Shown here: positions 47,101-55,776 of the stretch, one piece after another
Layout of the letters: every line of letters starts with the position of its first letter
How positions within the stretch are numbered: position 1 is the stretch's first letter
From: Candidatus Desulfaltia bathyphila
GTDB lineage: Bacteria > Desulfobacterota > Desulfobacteria > Desulfobacterales > ETH-SRB1
Length of the DNA stretch: 64,000 nucleotides
NCBI GenBank assembly: GCA_014381545.1
Contig: JACNLL010000056.1
Location: 26,846-90,845 of the forward strand
Reading direction: 5' to 3'
Position numbers and translations under genes: made by a program
Notes under the pieces: model-generated
What the model was told of the DNA's origin: nothing
What the model saw: the letters and a program-made list of their open reading frames with translations, nothing else
Database searches by the model: none

Positions 47101-47372
47101 AAATTCGGCAGCAGGGCATCCGGCCGTTCCTCTTTGATAATCTCTGTTAATACTTTAAGGTTAAGGGGTTCGATATATGTAACATCAGCCGTTCCCGGGT
47201 CAGTCATGATTGTTGCAGGATTAGAGTTCACCAGAACGATTTCATAACCAAGAGAACGCAGAGCTTTGCAGGCCTGAGTGCCGGAATAATCGAATTCACA
47301 TGCCTGGCCAATGATGATAGGGCCTGAACCGATGATAAGCACCTTTTTTATGTCGTCCCGTTTTGGCATCAA
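44169..47372 (-). CDS. carB: Carbamoyl-phosphate synthase large subunit
   Basis: 1067 aa. MPKRDDIKKVLIIGSGPIIIGQACEFDYSGTQA. Duplicated ATP-grasp halves. C-terminal MGS-like domain. Confidence 0.95.
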   Translation of the reverse strand: MMPKRDDIKKVLIIGSGPIIIGQACEFDYSGTQACKALRSLGYEIVLVNSNPATIMTDPGTADVTYIEPLNLKVLTEIIKEERPDALLPNLGGQSALNLSSELAQAGVLDEYNVKVIGVTVDAIKRGEDRTAFKETMERLGIEMPESQTVNNVEDAEKVAAELGYPVVIRPAYTMGGTGGGLVYNVEELRIIAARGLSESIVNQVLVEESVLGWEELELEVVRDAKNQMVTVCFIENVDAMGVHTGDSFCTAPMMTIDSKLQKRLEKHSYDIVEAIEVIGGTNIQFAYDPRTDRVVVIEINPRTSRSSALASKATGFPIAFISAMLAGGLTLDEIPYWRDGTLEKYIPSGDYVVVKFARWAFEKFEGVEDKLGTQMRAVGEAMSIGKNYKEAFQKAIRSLEINRYGLGFAKDFNEKSLTELMNMLVIPTSERQFIMYEALRKGADIQDLYELTHIKPWFIKQMKELVDLEEEILTYNGKTIPDGLLVRAKKDGFADRYLSILLGISEKDIRGKRISLGIVEAWEPVPVSGVENAAYYYSTYNAPDKIKVSDHKKIMVLGGGPNRIGQGIEFDYCCVHAAFTIRDAGYESIMVNCNPETVSTDYDTSDKLYFEPLTLEDVLSIYEKEKPEGVIIQFGGQTPLNIANDLEKAGVKILGTSPETIDLAEDRDRFRKVMRKLEIPQPESGMASTLEKALEIAERIGCPLMVRPSYVLGGRAMEVVHDEEMLIHYVSAAVDVSPKRPILIDKFLENAIEAEADAIADGTDAFVPTVMEHIELAGVHSGDSACVIPPVSIPLKHLETIYEYTKKIAIELNVVGLMNIQYAIANDTVYILEANPRASRTVPIVSKVCNISMARLATQVVMGKKISDLNLKPKHIPYFGVKEAVLPFKMFPEVDPLLGPEMRSTGEVLGLADSFGLAFFKAQKATQILLPIEGTVLITVADKDKPSALEPTRLFSDLGFKILATNGTHNFLQEHGIESETIRKLGYGRPHIVDAVKNGEIQLIINTPSGKESKDDDSYIRKAAIEYKILNITTTAAALAAAKGIAARRTGKSKVKSLQAYHADIK

Positions 47373-47391
47373 AACTCCTTTTTATGAAAAT

Positions 47392-48798
47392 TTATTTAAA
47401 ATAACTGGATCCATCCCAGCAATGGGTGCATAATTTATTTTTTGGCAGACCAACGGCATTCACAAGGTCTTCCAGTTTTTGAAATTGTAATGAGGTAAGC
47501 TTTAATCCTTTTCTTATTGTGTCTATCATTGCCATGTTTCGTTCTGATCCAGCCAAAGCATATTCATTCAGAAACTTATCATCACTTCCTTCAAGTTCTT
47601 TAATCGCTTTTCGGCCGGCAAGATTAAGTGTCGATCGCGATATTGAAAAGTTGAGGAAATCACAGGGATAAATTAAAGTCGGGCAGGCCGGGCGCATGTG
47701 AACCTCCAGCGCGCCGTAATCAAATAACATTTGAACATTATCCTGCAACTGAGTGCCCCTTACAATTGAATCTTCACAAAAAAGAATTTTTTTACCCTTT
47801 ATCATAGATTTAACGGGAATCAGCTTCATTTTTGCGACAATATCTCTTCTGTGTTGATTTTGCGGCATAAAGCTTCTGGGCCAGGTCGGTGTGTATTTAA
47901 CAAATGGGCGTTTATACGGGATTTTTCTTCCATTTGCATAGCCAATTGCGTGAGCGATTCCCGAGTCCGGCACCCCTGCGGCAAAATCTACTTTTGTTTT
48001 GTCATTTTTTGCAAGGGAGTATCCACACCTGTATCTGACCGACTCTACGTTGATTCCCTCGTAATCAGAGGCCGGATAACCGTAATAAACCCACAGGAAA
48101 GTGCATACTTGCATCTTGTTGTTGGGCTTTTTTTTCTGCTCACATCCATCCGGCGTCAGGAAAACAATTTCGCCCGGCCCAAGATGTTTCTCAATATCAT
48201 ATCCAAGGTTGGGAAATGCGCATGTTTCTGAGGATGCTGCATAGGCGCCTTCTTTCTTTCCAATAGCAACAGGCGTTCTCCCTAACTTGTCCCTTGCGGC
48301 AAAAATCCCGTTTTCCGTAAGCAAAAGCATTGAACATGAGCCTTGAATGAGTTTCTGGGCATTTTCAATTCCCTCTTCAAAGGATCCTTTTTCACAAATT
48401 AACATTGCCGCCAGTTCCGTCGGGTTTGTCATACCGCCGCTGGTCTCGGAAAAATGCATTTTTTTTGCAAATTCTTTTCTGACCAGCTCCTCAATATTAT
48501 TTATTCTGCCAACCGTAACAATTGCGAATGTTCCCAAATGGGAACCAATAATAAGCGGCTGGGAATCGTAGTCACTGATAACTCCGATACCCTTGTCTCC
48601 CTTTAATGCCGGAAGATCAGACTCAAACTTGGACCGGAAATAGTCATTTTCAATGTTATGGATAGACCTTGTAAATCCTTTAGAATTTTTAACAGCCATG
48701 CCACCTCGTTTTGTGCCGAGATGAGAATGATAATCGGTTCCGTAAAACAGATCATTGACACAATCTTCTTTTGAAACACTTCCAAATAAACCACCCAT
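47392..48798 (-). CDS. Amidophosphoribosyltransferase-like protein (class II amidotransferase fold plus PRTase) lacking the N-terminal Cys nucleophile
   Basis: Starts MGGLFG (ATG GGT GGT, with AGAGGAG RBS and an in-frame upstream stop) where PurF has MCGI. PRTase loop ILFCEDSIVRGTQ is present. C-terminal Cys residues are present. Confidence 0.75.
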   Translation of the reverse strand: MGGLFGSVSKEDCVNDLFYGTDYHSHLGTKRGGMAVKNSKGFTRSIHNIENDYFRSKFESDLPALKGDKGIGVISDYDSQPLIIGSHLGTFAIVTVGRINNIEELVRKEFAKKMHFSETSGGMTNPTELAAMLICEKGSFEEGIENAQKLIQGSCSMLLLTENGIFAARDKLGRTPVAIGKKEGAYAASSETCAFPNLGYDIEKHLGPGEIVFLTPDGCEQKKKPNNKMQVCTFLWVYYGYPASDYEGINVESVRYRCGYSLAKNDKTKVDFAAGVPDSGIAHAIGYANGRKIPYKRPFVKYTPTWPRSFMPQNQHRRDIVAKMKLIPVKSMIKGKKILFCEDSIVRGTQLQDNVQMLFDYGALEVHMRPACPTLIYPCDFLNFSISRSTLNLAGRKAIKELEGSDDKFLNEYALAGSERNMAMIDTIRKGLKLTSLQFQKLEDLVNAVGLPKNKLCTHCWDGSSYFK

Positions 48799-48877
48799 GA
48801 CAGATAACTCCTCTTTCTACATGTTCAGATCGCAGCTTTGTTTAATCAGACCCGGTAAATCCCAAAAAAGGATTTTT

Positions 48878-49133
48878 GTATCAATTTAGCCCATTGAAAC
48901 AAATCAATTTCAAACGAGCTTCAGGTATGATTAAATTTTATATTGGAAACTGTTTGAGTAGATTATGGATCGTTATGAAAGAACCATAAGCAATTTGATT
49001 TAAGAATGAAACATTTTCTTGAAACAAAAACCTTTATTAATAGCTCTGGCAGGTTCTTTCGTTACGAGCCGTTATCTACGAGTTTTTCCAGTATAAAATT
49101 TAATTATAGCTAAAGCGGTAGTATTTTCAAAAA
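48878..49133. mobile_element. About 255-bp palindromic MITE-like element, copy 2 (inverted relative to copy 1)
   Basis: See 25694-25947. Lies between the ychF stop and the purF-like start. Confidence 0.6.
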
Positions 49134-49203
49134 ATTAAAATATTACGAATTTTTTACTTAAAGCATAGATAACACTTTTGTGTCAATTTTTCTGTATTGC
49201 ACA

Positions 49204-50232
49204 TCAAACATTAAAGCGAAAGTTAATTATATCCCCATCCTGCACCTCGTAGGTTTTGCTCTCAAGTCTTACTTTCCCACTTTTTCTTGCTTCATGATAT
49301 GTGCCGGCATTTATCAAATCCTCATACGAAACCACCTCTGCGCGTATGAATCCTTTTTTTATGTCTGTATGGATAACGCCTGCGGCATCAAGGGCAAAAG
49401 TTGCTTTCTTTATTGTCCATGCTCTTACCTCATCTTCACCAACTGTAAAAAAGGATATAAGGCCCTGGAGTTCGTATGACTGGCTGATCACCCTGTCCAT
49501 GGCAGATGCCGTGATGTTAAATTCTGAAAGAAAATCTTCTGCCTCTTCGTCAGACATCTGGGCAAGCTCCTGTTCTAATTTGCCCCTTATTATCATGCAA
49601 CTCTCCTTAAAGCTTATATCTTTCAGATCAGGCAGGCTGTCATCATCGTCTTCGTTATTAAAGAGAACAAGCATGGGTTTGGCTGAAACAAAGGCAAATC
49701 CTTTAAGAGCAGGCGCAAAAGCAAAATCCGGATTTTTTCTAAGAGGGATTTCATTCTCGAGATTTTTTCGGCATTCAGTTAAAAGAGCAAGCTCCTCCTG
49801 GTCGATTTTTCTGTGCCTCTGTTTTTCTAATTCAATCCGTTCAAGACGCTTTTCCACAACAACAAGATCGGCAAGAATCATTTCCTGCTCGAAATTGAAA
49901 AAATCGTTATATAGATCAGGGTGTTCAAAACCGTATCCGCCGAAATTCCGCACCACATGTATCAAAGCATCACAATCTCTTACTTCATTCCAGATATTAT
50001 AATCTTTTGCCGGTTCTTTGCCGTGTCCTTGAAAGCCTGGCAAAAAGTATGCAATCTGGGCATAAATAGTCTTTTTGGGTTTATACATATCGCTTAATAT
50101 GTCGACCCGTTTATCAGGCACCTTGATTGTGCCTATATGGGTTCCCCTTTTATTCCCCATTATATTGTGGGTTAATGATTCAAATATAGTTGTTTTCCCT
50201 GATCCGGGAAAACCGATAATCCCTATTTTCAT
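49204..50232 (-). CDS. ychF: YchF/OLA1-family P-loop GTPase/ATPase
   Basis: MKIGIIGFPGSGKTT G1 motif. C-terminal TGS-like ISFFTVGEDEVRAWTIKKATFALDAAGVIHTDIKKGFIRAEV. Confidence 0.75.
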   Translation of the reverse strand: MKIGIIGFPGSGKTTIFESLTHNIMGNKRGTHIGTIKVPDKRVDILSDMYKPKKTIYAQIAYFLPGFQGHGKEPAKDYNIWNEVRDCDALIHVVRNFGGYGFEHPDLYNDFFNFEQEMILADLVVVEKRLERIELEKQRHRKIDQEELALLTECRKNLENEIPLRKNPDFAFAPALKGFAFVSAKPMLVLFNNEDDDDSLPDLKDISFKESCMIIRGKLEQELAQMSDEEAEDFLSEFNITASAMDRVISQSYELQGLISFFTVGEDEVRAWTIKKATFALDAAGVIHTDIKKGFIRAEVVSYEDLINAGTYHEARKSGKVRLESKTYEVQDGDIINFRFNV

Positions 50233-50269
50233 TATTTAATCCTTATGCAGGTGATTGGTATTGTCGTAT

Positions 50270-51217
50270 TTAACCGATGATCTCTACTATACTTGAGGCG
50301 GGAACAAGGCGTACCTTTTTTTGAAGTTCAGGGAGTTCTTCAAGAAAAACCTTATATGTTACTTCATGCGGATGCGCAATCCCTATGGCTGTGCCATGAA
50401 TTTCGGCAATGCGAAGCAATTCTTTTATTTGCCGGCGAATAAAGTCAGGCTCCTGCACATGATCAAGAAAAACATCCCGTTGAGCAAAAGGAATCTGAAG
50501 CAGACGAGCCGACGGTTTGCAAAGGCTTTCAGACGTTGTGAGACTATCAATAAAAAAAAGTCCCCTTTTTTTCAGCACGGAAAAGATTTGATACATTTGG
50601 GTGGATTCGGTTGTCATTTTTGAACCCATATGGTTGTTGACCCCTTTAATTAAAGGAACGGCATCAAGGTTTTTATTGAGCTGATCGATAAGTTCATCAG
50701 GAGACATAGATGTAAGCAAAGCGTCAGATCCCGGGTCAACTTCAGGATATTCATTAGGCTCCATTGGCAGATGAAGCATAATTTCAAACCCTTTTGCATG
50801 GGCTTTCCTGATAATTCTTTGCTGGAAAGGGCTGTGCGGAAACACGGAAAAGGTAAGCACGGCATCAAGGGTTAAAAATTTTTCAGCAACCCTTCGTTCA
50901 TATCCAATATCATCTATAATAATTGCCACTTTTGGCAAAGCTTTTGGCACAGGCTTTGGTTTATAATCCGGTTTGCGTAACACCTTGTCCTCTTTGGGAT
51001 ATATTTCAAAGACAGGTATTTTAAAGGTCTGCTTTTTTTTGGCCGGCTGCGCAGGTTGCGTTCGCAACAATAAGTGATGCGCCAGAAACCCGGCGACAAC
51101 TACTAACAACACCAACAAAGACAGCCCTGCAATTGCCTTTTTTAAATACGTTTTTTTAGCTTTATCCTTGCTGGAAAAAATTTTTTTTTGTTTTGTTTTC
51201 TTTCTTTTTATAGTCAT
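50270..51217 (-). CDS. Divergent polysaccharide deacetylase family protein (YibQ-like)
   Basis: N-terminal TM, then VAIIIDDIGY...LHLPMEP...NNHMGS motifs. Confidence 0.75.
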   Translation of the reverse strand: MTIKRKKTKQKKIFSSKDKAKKTYLKKAIAGLSLLVLLVVVAGFLAHHLLLRTQPAQPAKKKQTFKIPVFEIYPKEDKVLRKPDYKPKPVPKALPKVAIIIDDIGYERRVAEKFLTLDAVLTFSVFPHSPFQQRIIRKAHAKGFEIMLHLPMEPNEYPEVDPGSDALLTSMSPDELIDQLNKNLDAVPLIKGVNNHMGSKMTTESTQMYQIFSVLKKRGLFFIDSLTTSESLCKPSARLLQIPFAQRDVFLDHVQEPDFIRRQIKELLRIAEIHGTAIGIAHPHEVTYKVFLEELPELQKKVRLVPASSIVEIIG

Positions 51218-52561
51218 TTAACCACTTAAAATGTCATAACTTCTAAGGATATCAAGAGCGCGCATAACCTGATTGTCTTCAAGCAGTCCTTCAAGCGTAA
51301 GGGATTCATGCATGGATTTTACCTTAGGATGCCTGTGTTTGTTCCTGGTATCCTCTTTTTCACCGGCATCTTTTTTTGCATCCGGCTCTGCTTCAAGATG
51401 ATTTTTTAAATCCTTTTCCTTCATCAGCCCCTCATCAGCCTCTTCCCTGTCTATAACTCTTTGTTTTACCTGTATATCAGGTATAATGCCCTGGGCCTGA
51501 ATAGATCTTCCGCTCGGGGTATAATATCTGGCGATTGTAAATTTAAGCCCATATCCGTCCCTTAAAGCTTCTACTGTTTGAACAGATCCTTTGCCGAAAG
51601 AGGTAGTCCCGATGATAATGGCTTTTTTATGATCCTGAAGCGCGCCGGCCACAATTTCGGATGCACTGGCGCTTCCTCCGTTAATCAGCACAACAATAGG
51701 ATAGTCCCGTTTTACCTCGTTTGGATGAGCTCTGAAAATTTTTGTATGTTCTTTCAGCCGTCCTTTGATGGATACGATTTTACCCTTTTCAAGAAACAGA
51801 TCTGTTACCAAAATTGACTGGTTAAGAAGTCCGCCTGGATTGTCTCGAAGATCAAGAACAAGCCCTTTTAAGGGGACATCACCGGATTCAAGCTTTTCTA
51901 AAGTCTGTTTAAGGTCGTTAGTTGTGTTATCCTGGAAATTGGTAATCCAGATGTATCCGTATCCGGGCTGCAAAACAAGCGATTTTACGCTTATAATTGA
52001 AATTATATCACGAACCAGCTTGAACTCTATCGGTTTTAATACTCCCTTCCTTATTATTGTTATAACTACCGGCTCTCCTTTCGGACCTCTCATCTTCTTA
52101 ACAGCTTCCCACAGCATCATATCCTCGGTTAACTCCCCATCTACCTTGATAATCTTATCTCCAGCCTTTATTCCGGCCTTGTAAGCAGGGGTTCCTTCAA
52201 TGGGGGATATTACAGTAATAACACCTTGTTGCATGGTTATAACTATGCCGATGCCACCGAATTCACCATGGGTGCCGATCTGCAATTCTTCAAAGGCTTC
52301 AGGCGGGAGCAATGCAGAATGAGGGTCAAGGCTGCTTACTAGTCCCTGAACAGCCTTTTGAATTAATTCTTTTGTGTCAACCTCATCAACATAGTTTTTT
52401 TCAACCAGCTCGATGACATCGGAAAACAGTTTAAGCCCTTTGTATGTCTCATCGCTGCTCGCTGAAAGATCGTGGTGAAATCCGGTCCCGATCGACCAGA
52501 ATATTAAGGCGATTATGATCACGAACCAAAGTTTAATGTTTTGTTTTTTCTTTATTGTCAT
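51218..52561 (-). CDS. ctpA: S41 carboxy-terminal processing protease
   Basis: PDZ (GIGIVITMQQGVITVISPIEGTPAYKAGIKAGDKIIKVDG). Catalytic GGSASASEIVAGALQD and TSFGKGSVQ. Confidence 0.9.
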   Translation of the reverse strand: MTIKKKQNIKLWFVIIIALIFWSIGTGFHHDLSASSDETYKGLKLFSDVIELVEKNYVDEVDTKELIQKAVQGLVSSLDPHSALLPPEAFEELQIGTHGEFGGIGIVITMQQGVITVISPIEGTPAYKAGIKAGDKIIKVDGELTEDMMLWEAVKKMRGPKGEPVVITIIRKGVLKPIEFKLVRDIISIISVKSLVLQPGYGYIWITNFQDNTTNDLKQTLEKLESGDVPLKGLVLDLRDNPGGLLNQSILVTDLFLEKGKIVSIKGRLKEHTKIFRAHPNEVKRDYPIVVLINGGSASASEIVAGALQDHKKAIIIGTTSFGKGSVQTVEALRDGYGLKFTIARYYTPSGRSIQAQGIIPDIQVKQRVIDREEADEGLMKEKDLKNHLEAEPDAKKDAGEKEDTRNKHRHPKVKSMHESLTLEGLLEDNQVMRALDILRSYDILSG

Positions 52562-52590
52562 ATAATTGCTCCTTAACTTTTACGACGCCA

Positions 52591-54012
52591 TCAACTTTTA
52601 AGCCACTCAAGCGGGTTAACCGGTTTTCCGTGATGGCGAAGCTCAAAATAGAGTTTCGGGCCGATCATTGAACCTGTATCGCCAACCGTGGCAATAACTT
52701 CACCCGCCTCAACATAATCACCCTTTGCCTTAAAGAGCTCTTCAGCATGTGCATAGACCGTGCAGAAATGATCTCCATGATCTATGATAATCATGTTCCC
52801 ATAACCTTTAAACCATCTGGAGTAAAGTATCTGTCCATCATATACCGAATATACGGGTTCGCCTCTGTCGGCTTTAATATCAATACCTGTTTTGAAATTT
52901 ACTGTTTTGCTTTGGCTGTTTGTATGTCGGCCAAAAAAACATATTATTTTACCCTTTACAGGCATTTTAAGCAACCCCTTAAAGGAGCTAAAAGCTCCAT
53001 GTGATATGTTTTTAACCTTGTTAGGCATCTGGCTCAAGGATTGGCCCAAGGATTGAATTATCCGATCCAGAGCGGCTGCCGTCTGTTTTAATGCTTCAAT
53101 GGCAGCTAATCCAAGCCTTTTTTTGCTTTGTATATCAACAAGAAGTTTCGAGCGTTTTTCATTTTCATTAGACATTATGTCAATTCGTTTGTTTAAGTCT
53201 GTTTCAAGCAAAATCTTTTTTGTTTTTTGAGTATTCATTTTGTCTAACAGCCGTTGTAACCTATCCTTGTTTTTTACAAGTTTTCCCCAGATCTTTTCGT
53301 CATGAGCAAGAATATGTTCCATGGTGATTTTACGTTGAAAAAAATCGTTGATCGATTCAGCAGAGGCAAGAATGTTCATTTTACCAATCAGGTTTAGTTT
53401 ATAGACGGCGATCAAGCGATTGGATGCATAATCTTCGCTTGTTTTAATCCTTTTTCGGAGGTCATTGAATGCATGAGTTGCTTCCTGAATGTCTGTTTCA
53501 AGTGAGGCGAGTTCGGACCTCAAGACTGAAACACGCTTTCTGGCAATGTTTAGAGCAAGGTCTGCCTTATTTAAACTGTCAATAATAGCAACCTCCTTTT
53601 CGGCAAAGGTCTGAACTTCGGCTCCTTGTTTTTCCAGTTTGCGGCTGATATCTTTTGTCTTTTGTCTGGCTGTTTTGATTTTAGCTTCAACATCGCTCAG
53701 GTTTTCGACTGCTTTGTCGTAAACAATCCGAATATAACTCTTCCGATATCTAACATAACCGATCTGACCATCATGCCGGATTTTAAGCCACTTATTGCGG
53801 CGCGCTAAAATTGTAACCTTTGCCCCTTTTTTGAGTATCTTTATTGGAGGCTTATTGGTTCCCGGTTCCGGTCGTACATTAAGCCTTGACGCGGTTACAA
53901 TCCCTGTTTCATTTGATTGAAAACCGACAGCCACAGCAGAATGTAAAAGCACAACAATACCGGCTGCAATAAAAATTATAAAACCAAGCGATATAAAATG
54001 AGAATTTTTCAC
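52591..54012 (-). CDS. envC: EnvC-like murein hydrolase activator (SH3b, coiled coil, degenerate LytM/M23 domain)
   Basis: SH3b-like VTASRLNVRPEPG...KWLKIRHDGQIGYV. Long coiled coil. In the LytM domain the metal ligands are replaced (KTGIDI for HxGxD, PKLYFELR for PHLHFE). Start is uncertain; a GTG at 54012 is proposed. Confidence 0.7.
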   Translation of the reverse strand: MKNSHFISLGFIIFIAAGIVVLLHSAVAVGFQSNETGIVTASRLNVRPEPGTNKPPIKILKKGAKVTILARRNKWLKIRHDGQIGYVRYRKSYIRIVYDKAVENLSDVEAKIKTARQKTKDISRKLEKQGAEVQTFAEKEVAIIDSLNKADLALNIARKRVSVLRSELASLETDIQEATHAFNDLRKRIKTSEDYASNRLIAVYKLNLIGKMNILASAESINDFFQRKITMEHILAHDEKIWGKLVKNKDRLQRLLDKMNTQKTKKILLETDLNKRIDIMSNENEKRSKLLVDIQSKKRLGLAAIEALKQTAAALDRIIQSLGQSLSQMPNKVKNISHGAFSSFKGLLKMPVKGKIICFFGRHTNSQSKTVNFKTGIDIKADRGEPVYSVYDGQILYSRWFKGYGNMIIIDHGDHFCTVYAHAEELFKAKGDYVEAGEVIATVGDTGSMIGPKLYFELRHHGKPVNPLEWLKS

Positions 54013-54017
54013 GCAGC

Positions 54018-55010
54018 CTATTCTTTTAAAAATTGTCTCAGAGAAATAAAACACCCTAACCATCCAACAAGCATGCTGCACAATATTATTGTGCTGGACT
54101 GCCTGAGCGAAAGAAACCTGACGTGTAACAAATCGGAAGATAGGCCCTGTTCAACATTGGTTGATATATATATATAAACGGCAAATAATGCAGCAAGCCC
54201 GATGATTCCTCCAAGTGCACTCTGGATAATGGCTTCAATGTAAAAAGGGGTCTTGATAAATCGGTCGGTAGCTCCAACCAGACGCATTATTTCAATCTCT
54301 TCACGCCTTGAATAGATTACAAGTCTGATAGTGTTGGCTACGATAAAGACAGCGGCTATGAAGAAAATACCGCTCATAGCATACCCTGTTAATCTGAACA
54401 GATCAAAGAGCTTAACAAATCGTCCGATCCATCTACGGCCATATTCAACATCATCTATTTCAGGAAGTGATTCAATCTGAACCGCCAGATTTTCAATCCT
54501 TTCACTGTTTGGAAACTGCCCTGTAAGACGGATTTCAAAGGCATCGGGAAGTGGGTTCTCCTTGAGTCCATCAAGAAGGGAAGATTGCCGTTTCATCTGC
54601 TCTCTAAGTCGCTTCATAGCTTCCTCTTTTGATATGAACCTGGCCTCGGCGACCCCATAGAGCCCCTGAATTCTGTTTTTTATATCAACAAGGTTTGGTT
54701 GAAGCTCCCCGCTGCTTGCGGCAGGGAATCTTCGACCGTAAGGAAGTTTGCTATTTTTGGATTCGCTTGCTAACCCCGCCGCAAGCAGCGGGGAATGCGC
54801 TCGCTTTTGCGGTTCAACTATATCCGGTTTGAGGTATGCTATTATTCTTATTCCCTTTTTCCAGGAACTCATATAGTCGTTTGCATTGAGAAAAAAAAGA
54901 ACAATAGTACTGACTATAAGTATTGACAGAAATATTGTAATAATTGTGACTGCATTCAGAAATTTGTTGGTTCGGATATCCTGAATGGCCCTTTTAAAAA
55001 AGAGAATCAT
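54018..55010 (-). CDS. ftsX: Cell-division ABC transporter permease FtsX, carrying an in-frame repeat insertion
   Basis: FtsX topology and motifs (periplasmic loop ...RFISKEEAMKRL..., 3 C-terminal TMs). Follows ftsE. Confidence 0.85.
   Translation of the reverse strand: MILFFKRAIQDIRTNKFLNAVTIITIFLSILIVSTIVLFFLNANDYMSSWKKGIRIIAYLKPDIVEPQKRAHSPLLAAGLASESKNSKLPYGRRFPAASSGELQPNLVDIKNRIQGLYGVAEARFISKEEAMKRLREQMKRQSSLLDGLKENPLPDAFEIRLTGQFPNSERIENLAVQIESLPEIDDVEYGRRWIGRFVKLFDLFRLTGYAMSGIFFIAAVFIVANTIRLVIYSRREEIEIMRLVGATDRFIKTPFYIEAIIQSALGGIIGLAALFAVYIYISTNVEQGLSSDLLHVRFLSLRQSSTIILCSMLVGWLGCFISLRQFLKE
54701..54818. repeat. About 118-bp double-hairpin repeat inside the ftsX coding sequence
   Basis: Co-linear with 26687-26804 (shared cagggaatcttcgaccgtaaggaagtt and ggggaatgcgctcgc...tgcggttcaa). 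Translated in frame as PQKRAHSPLLAAGLASESKNSKLPYGRRFPAASSGE. Confidence 0.8.
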
Positions 55011-55098
55011 AAACGTCTCGGAAATTCTACAACTTAATGAAATTAAAGAGTTTTTTTCATTATTCCAATTGTGAGCAAAGCGAAATAAGTCCTATTCT

Positions 55099-55776
55099 TC
55101 ATTTAATTTGACGTCCCTCTTTAAGATGGATTGCCCTGCAACCTGTTTTGCGTATCAATTCCTGGTCGTGGGTTGCAACAAGGAGTGTGCCTCCTCGCGC
55201 GTGGAACCCTTTAAGAAGATCAAAAACAGTGCCGGCCGATTCTGGGTCAAGGCTGCCGGTTGGTTCATCGGCTAAGATTATCTTAGGCATCCCTACAACC
55301 GCTCTGGCCACTGCGATTCTTTGCTGTTCTCCGCCTGACAGGCTTTGAGGCAGGGCATTAAACCTCTTTTCCATTCCTACCATTCTCAGCACGCTGTTTA
55401 CTTTTTTCTGGACAAACCGCCTTTTTTTACCCATTGCCTCAAGCACTAAAGCAACATTATCAAATACGGTTTTCGTGGGTATCAGTTTGTAATCCTGGAA
55501 TATTATCCCTAACTTTCGCCTTAAAAGCGGAATCCGTTTGCGCGAAATTCTGGAAAGATTCATTCCGTCGATTAATATCTGCCCCTCTGATACAGGTTCT
55601 CCAAGATAAAGGAGCTTCAGCAGAGTGGATTTGCCTGCCCCGCTGGGACCGGTGATAAAAAGGAATTCATTTTTGGATACATCGAGGTTTATATTGATTA
55701 AAGCCTTTTTTGAGCCGTAATTCTTGTGGACATGGAACATTCGAATTATTGCACTTTTGTCGTTTTTGTCGATCAT
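55099..55776 (-). CDS. ftsE: Cell-division ATP-binding protein FtsE
   Basis: Intact Walker A GPSGAGKST, signature LSGGEQQR, Walker B ILADEPTG. Confidence 0.9.
   Translation of the reverse strand: MIDKNDKSAIIRMFHVHKNYGSKKALININLDVSKNEFLFITGPSGAGKSTLLKLLYLGEPVSEGQILIDGMNLSRISRKRIPLLRRKLGIIFQDYKLIPTKTVFDNVALVLEAMGKKRRFVQKKVNSVLRMVGMEKRFNALPQSLSGGEQQRIAVARAVVGMPKIILADEPTGSLDPESAGTVFDLLKGFHARGGTLLVATHDQELIRKTGCRAIHLKEGRQIK

Noticed and set aside
49301-50002. 233-aa plus-strand ORF
   Set aside because: It is entirely antisense to the well-supported ychF gene and is a Ser-rich low-complexity translation. The same reasoning applies to the other antisense ORFs in the track (for example 26852..27367, 6569..6955, 31726..32160 and 46191..46631).
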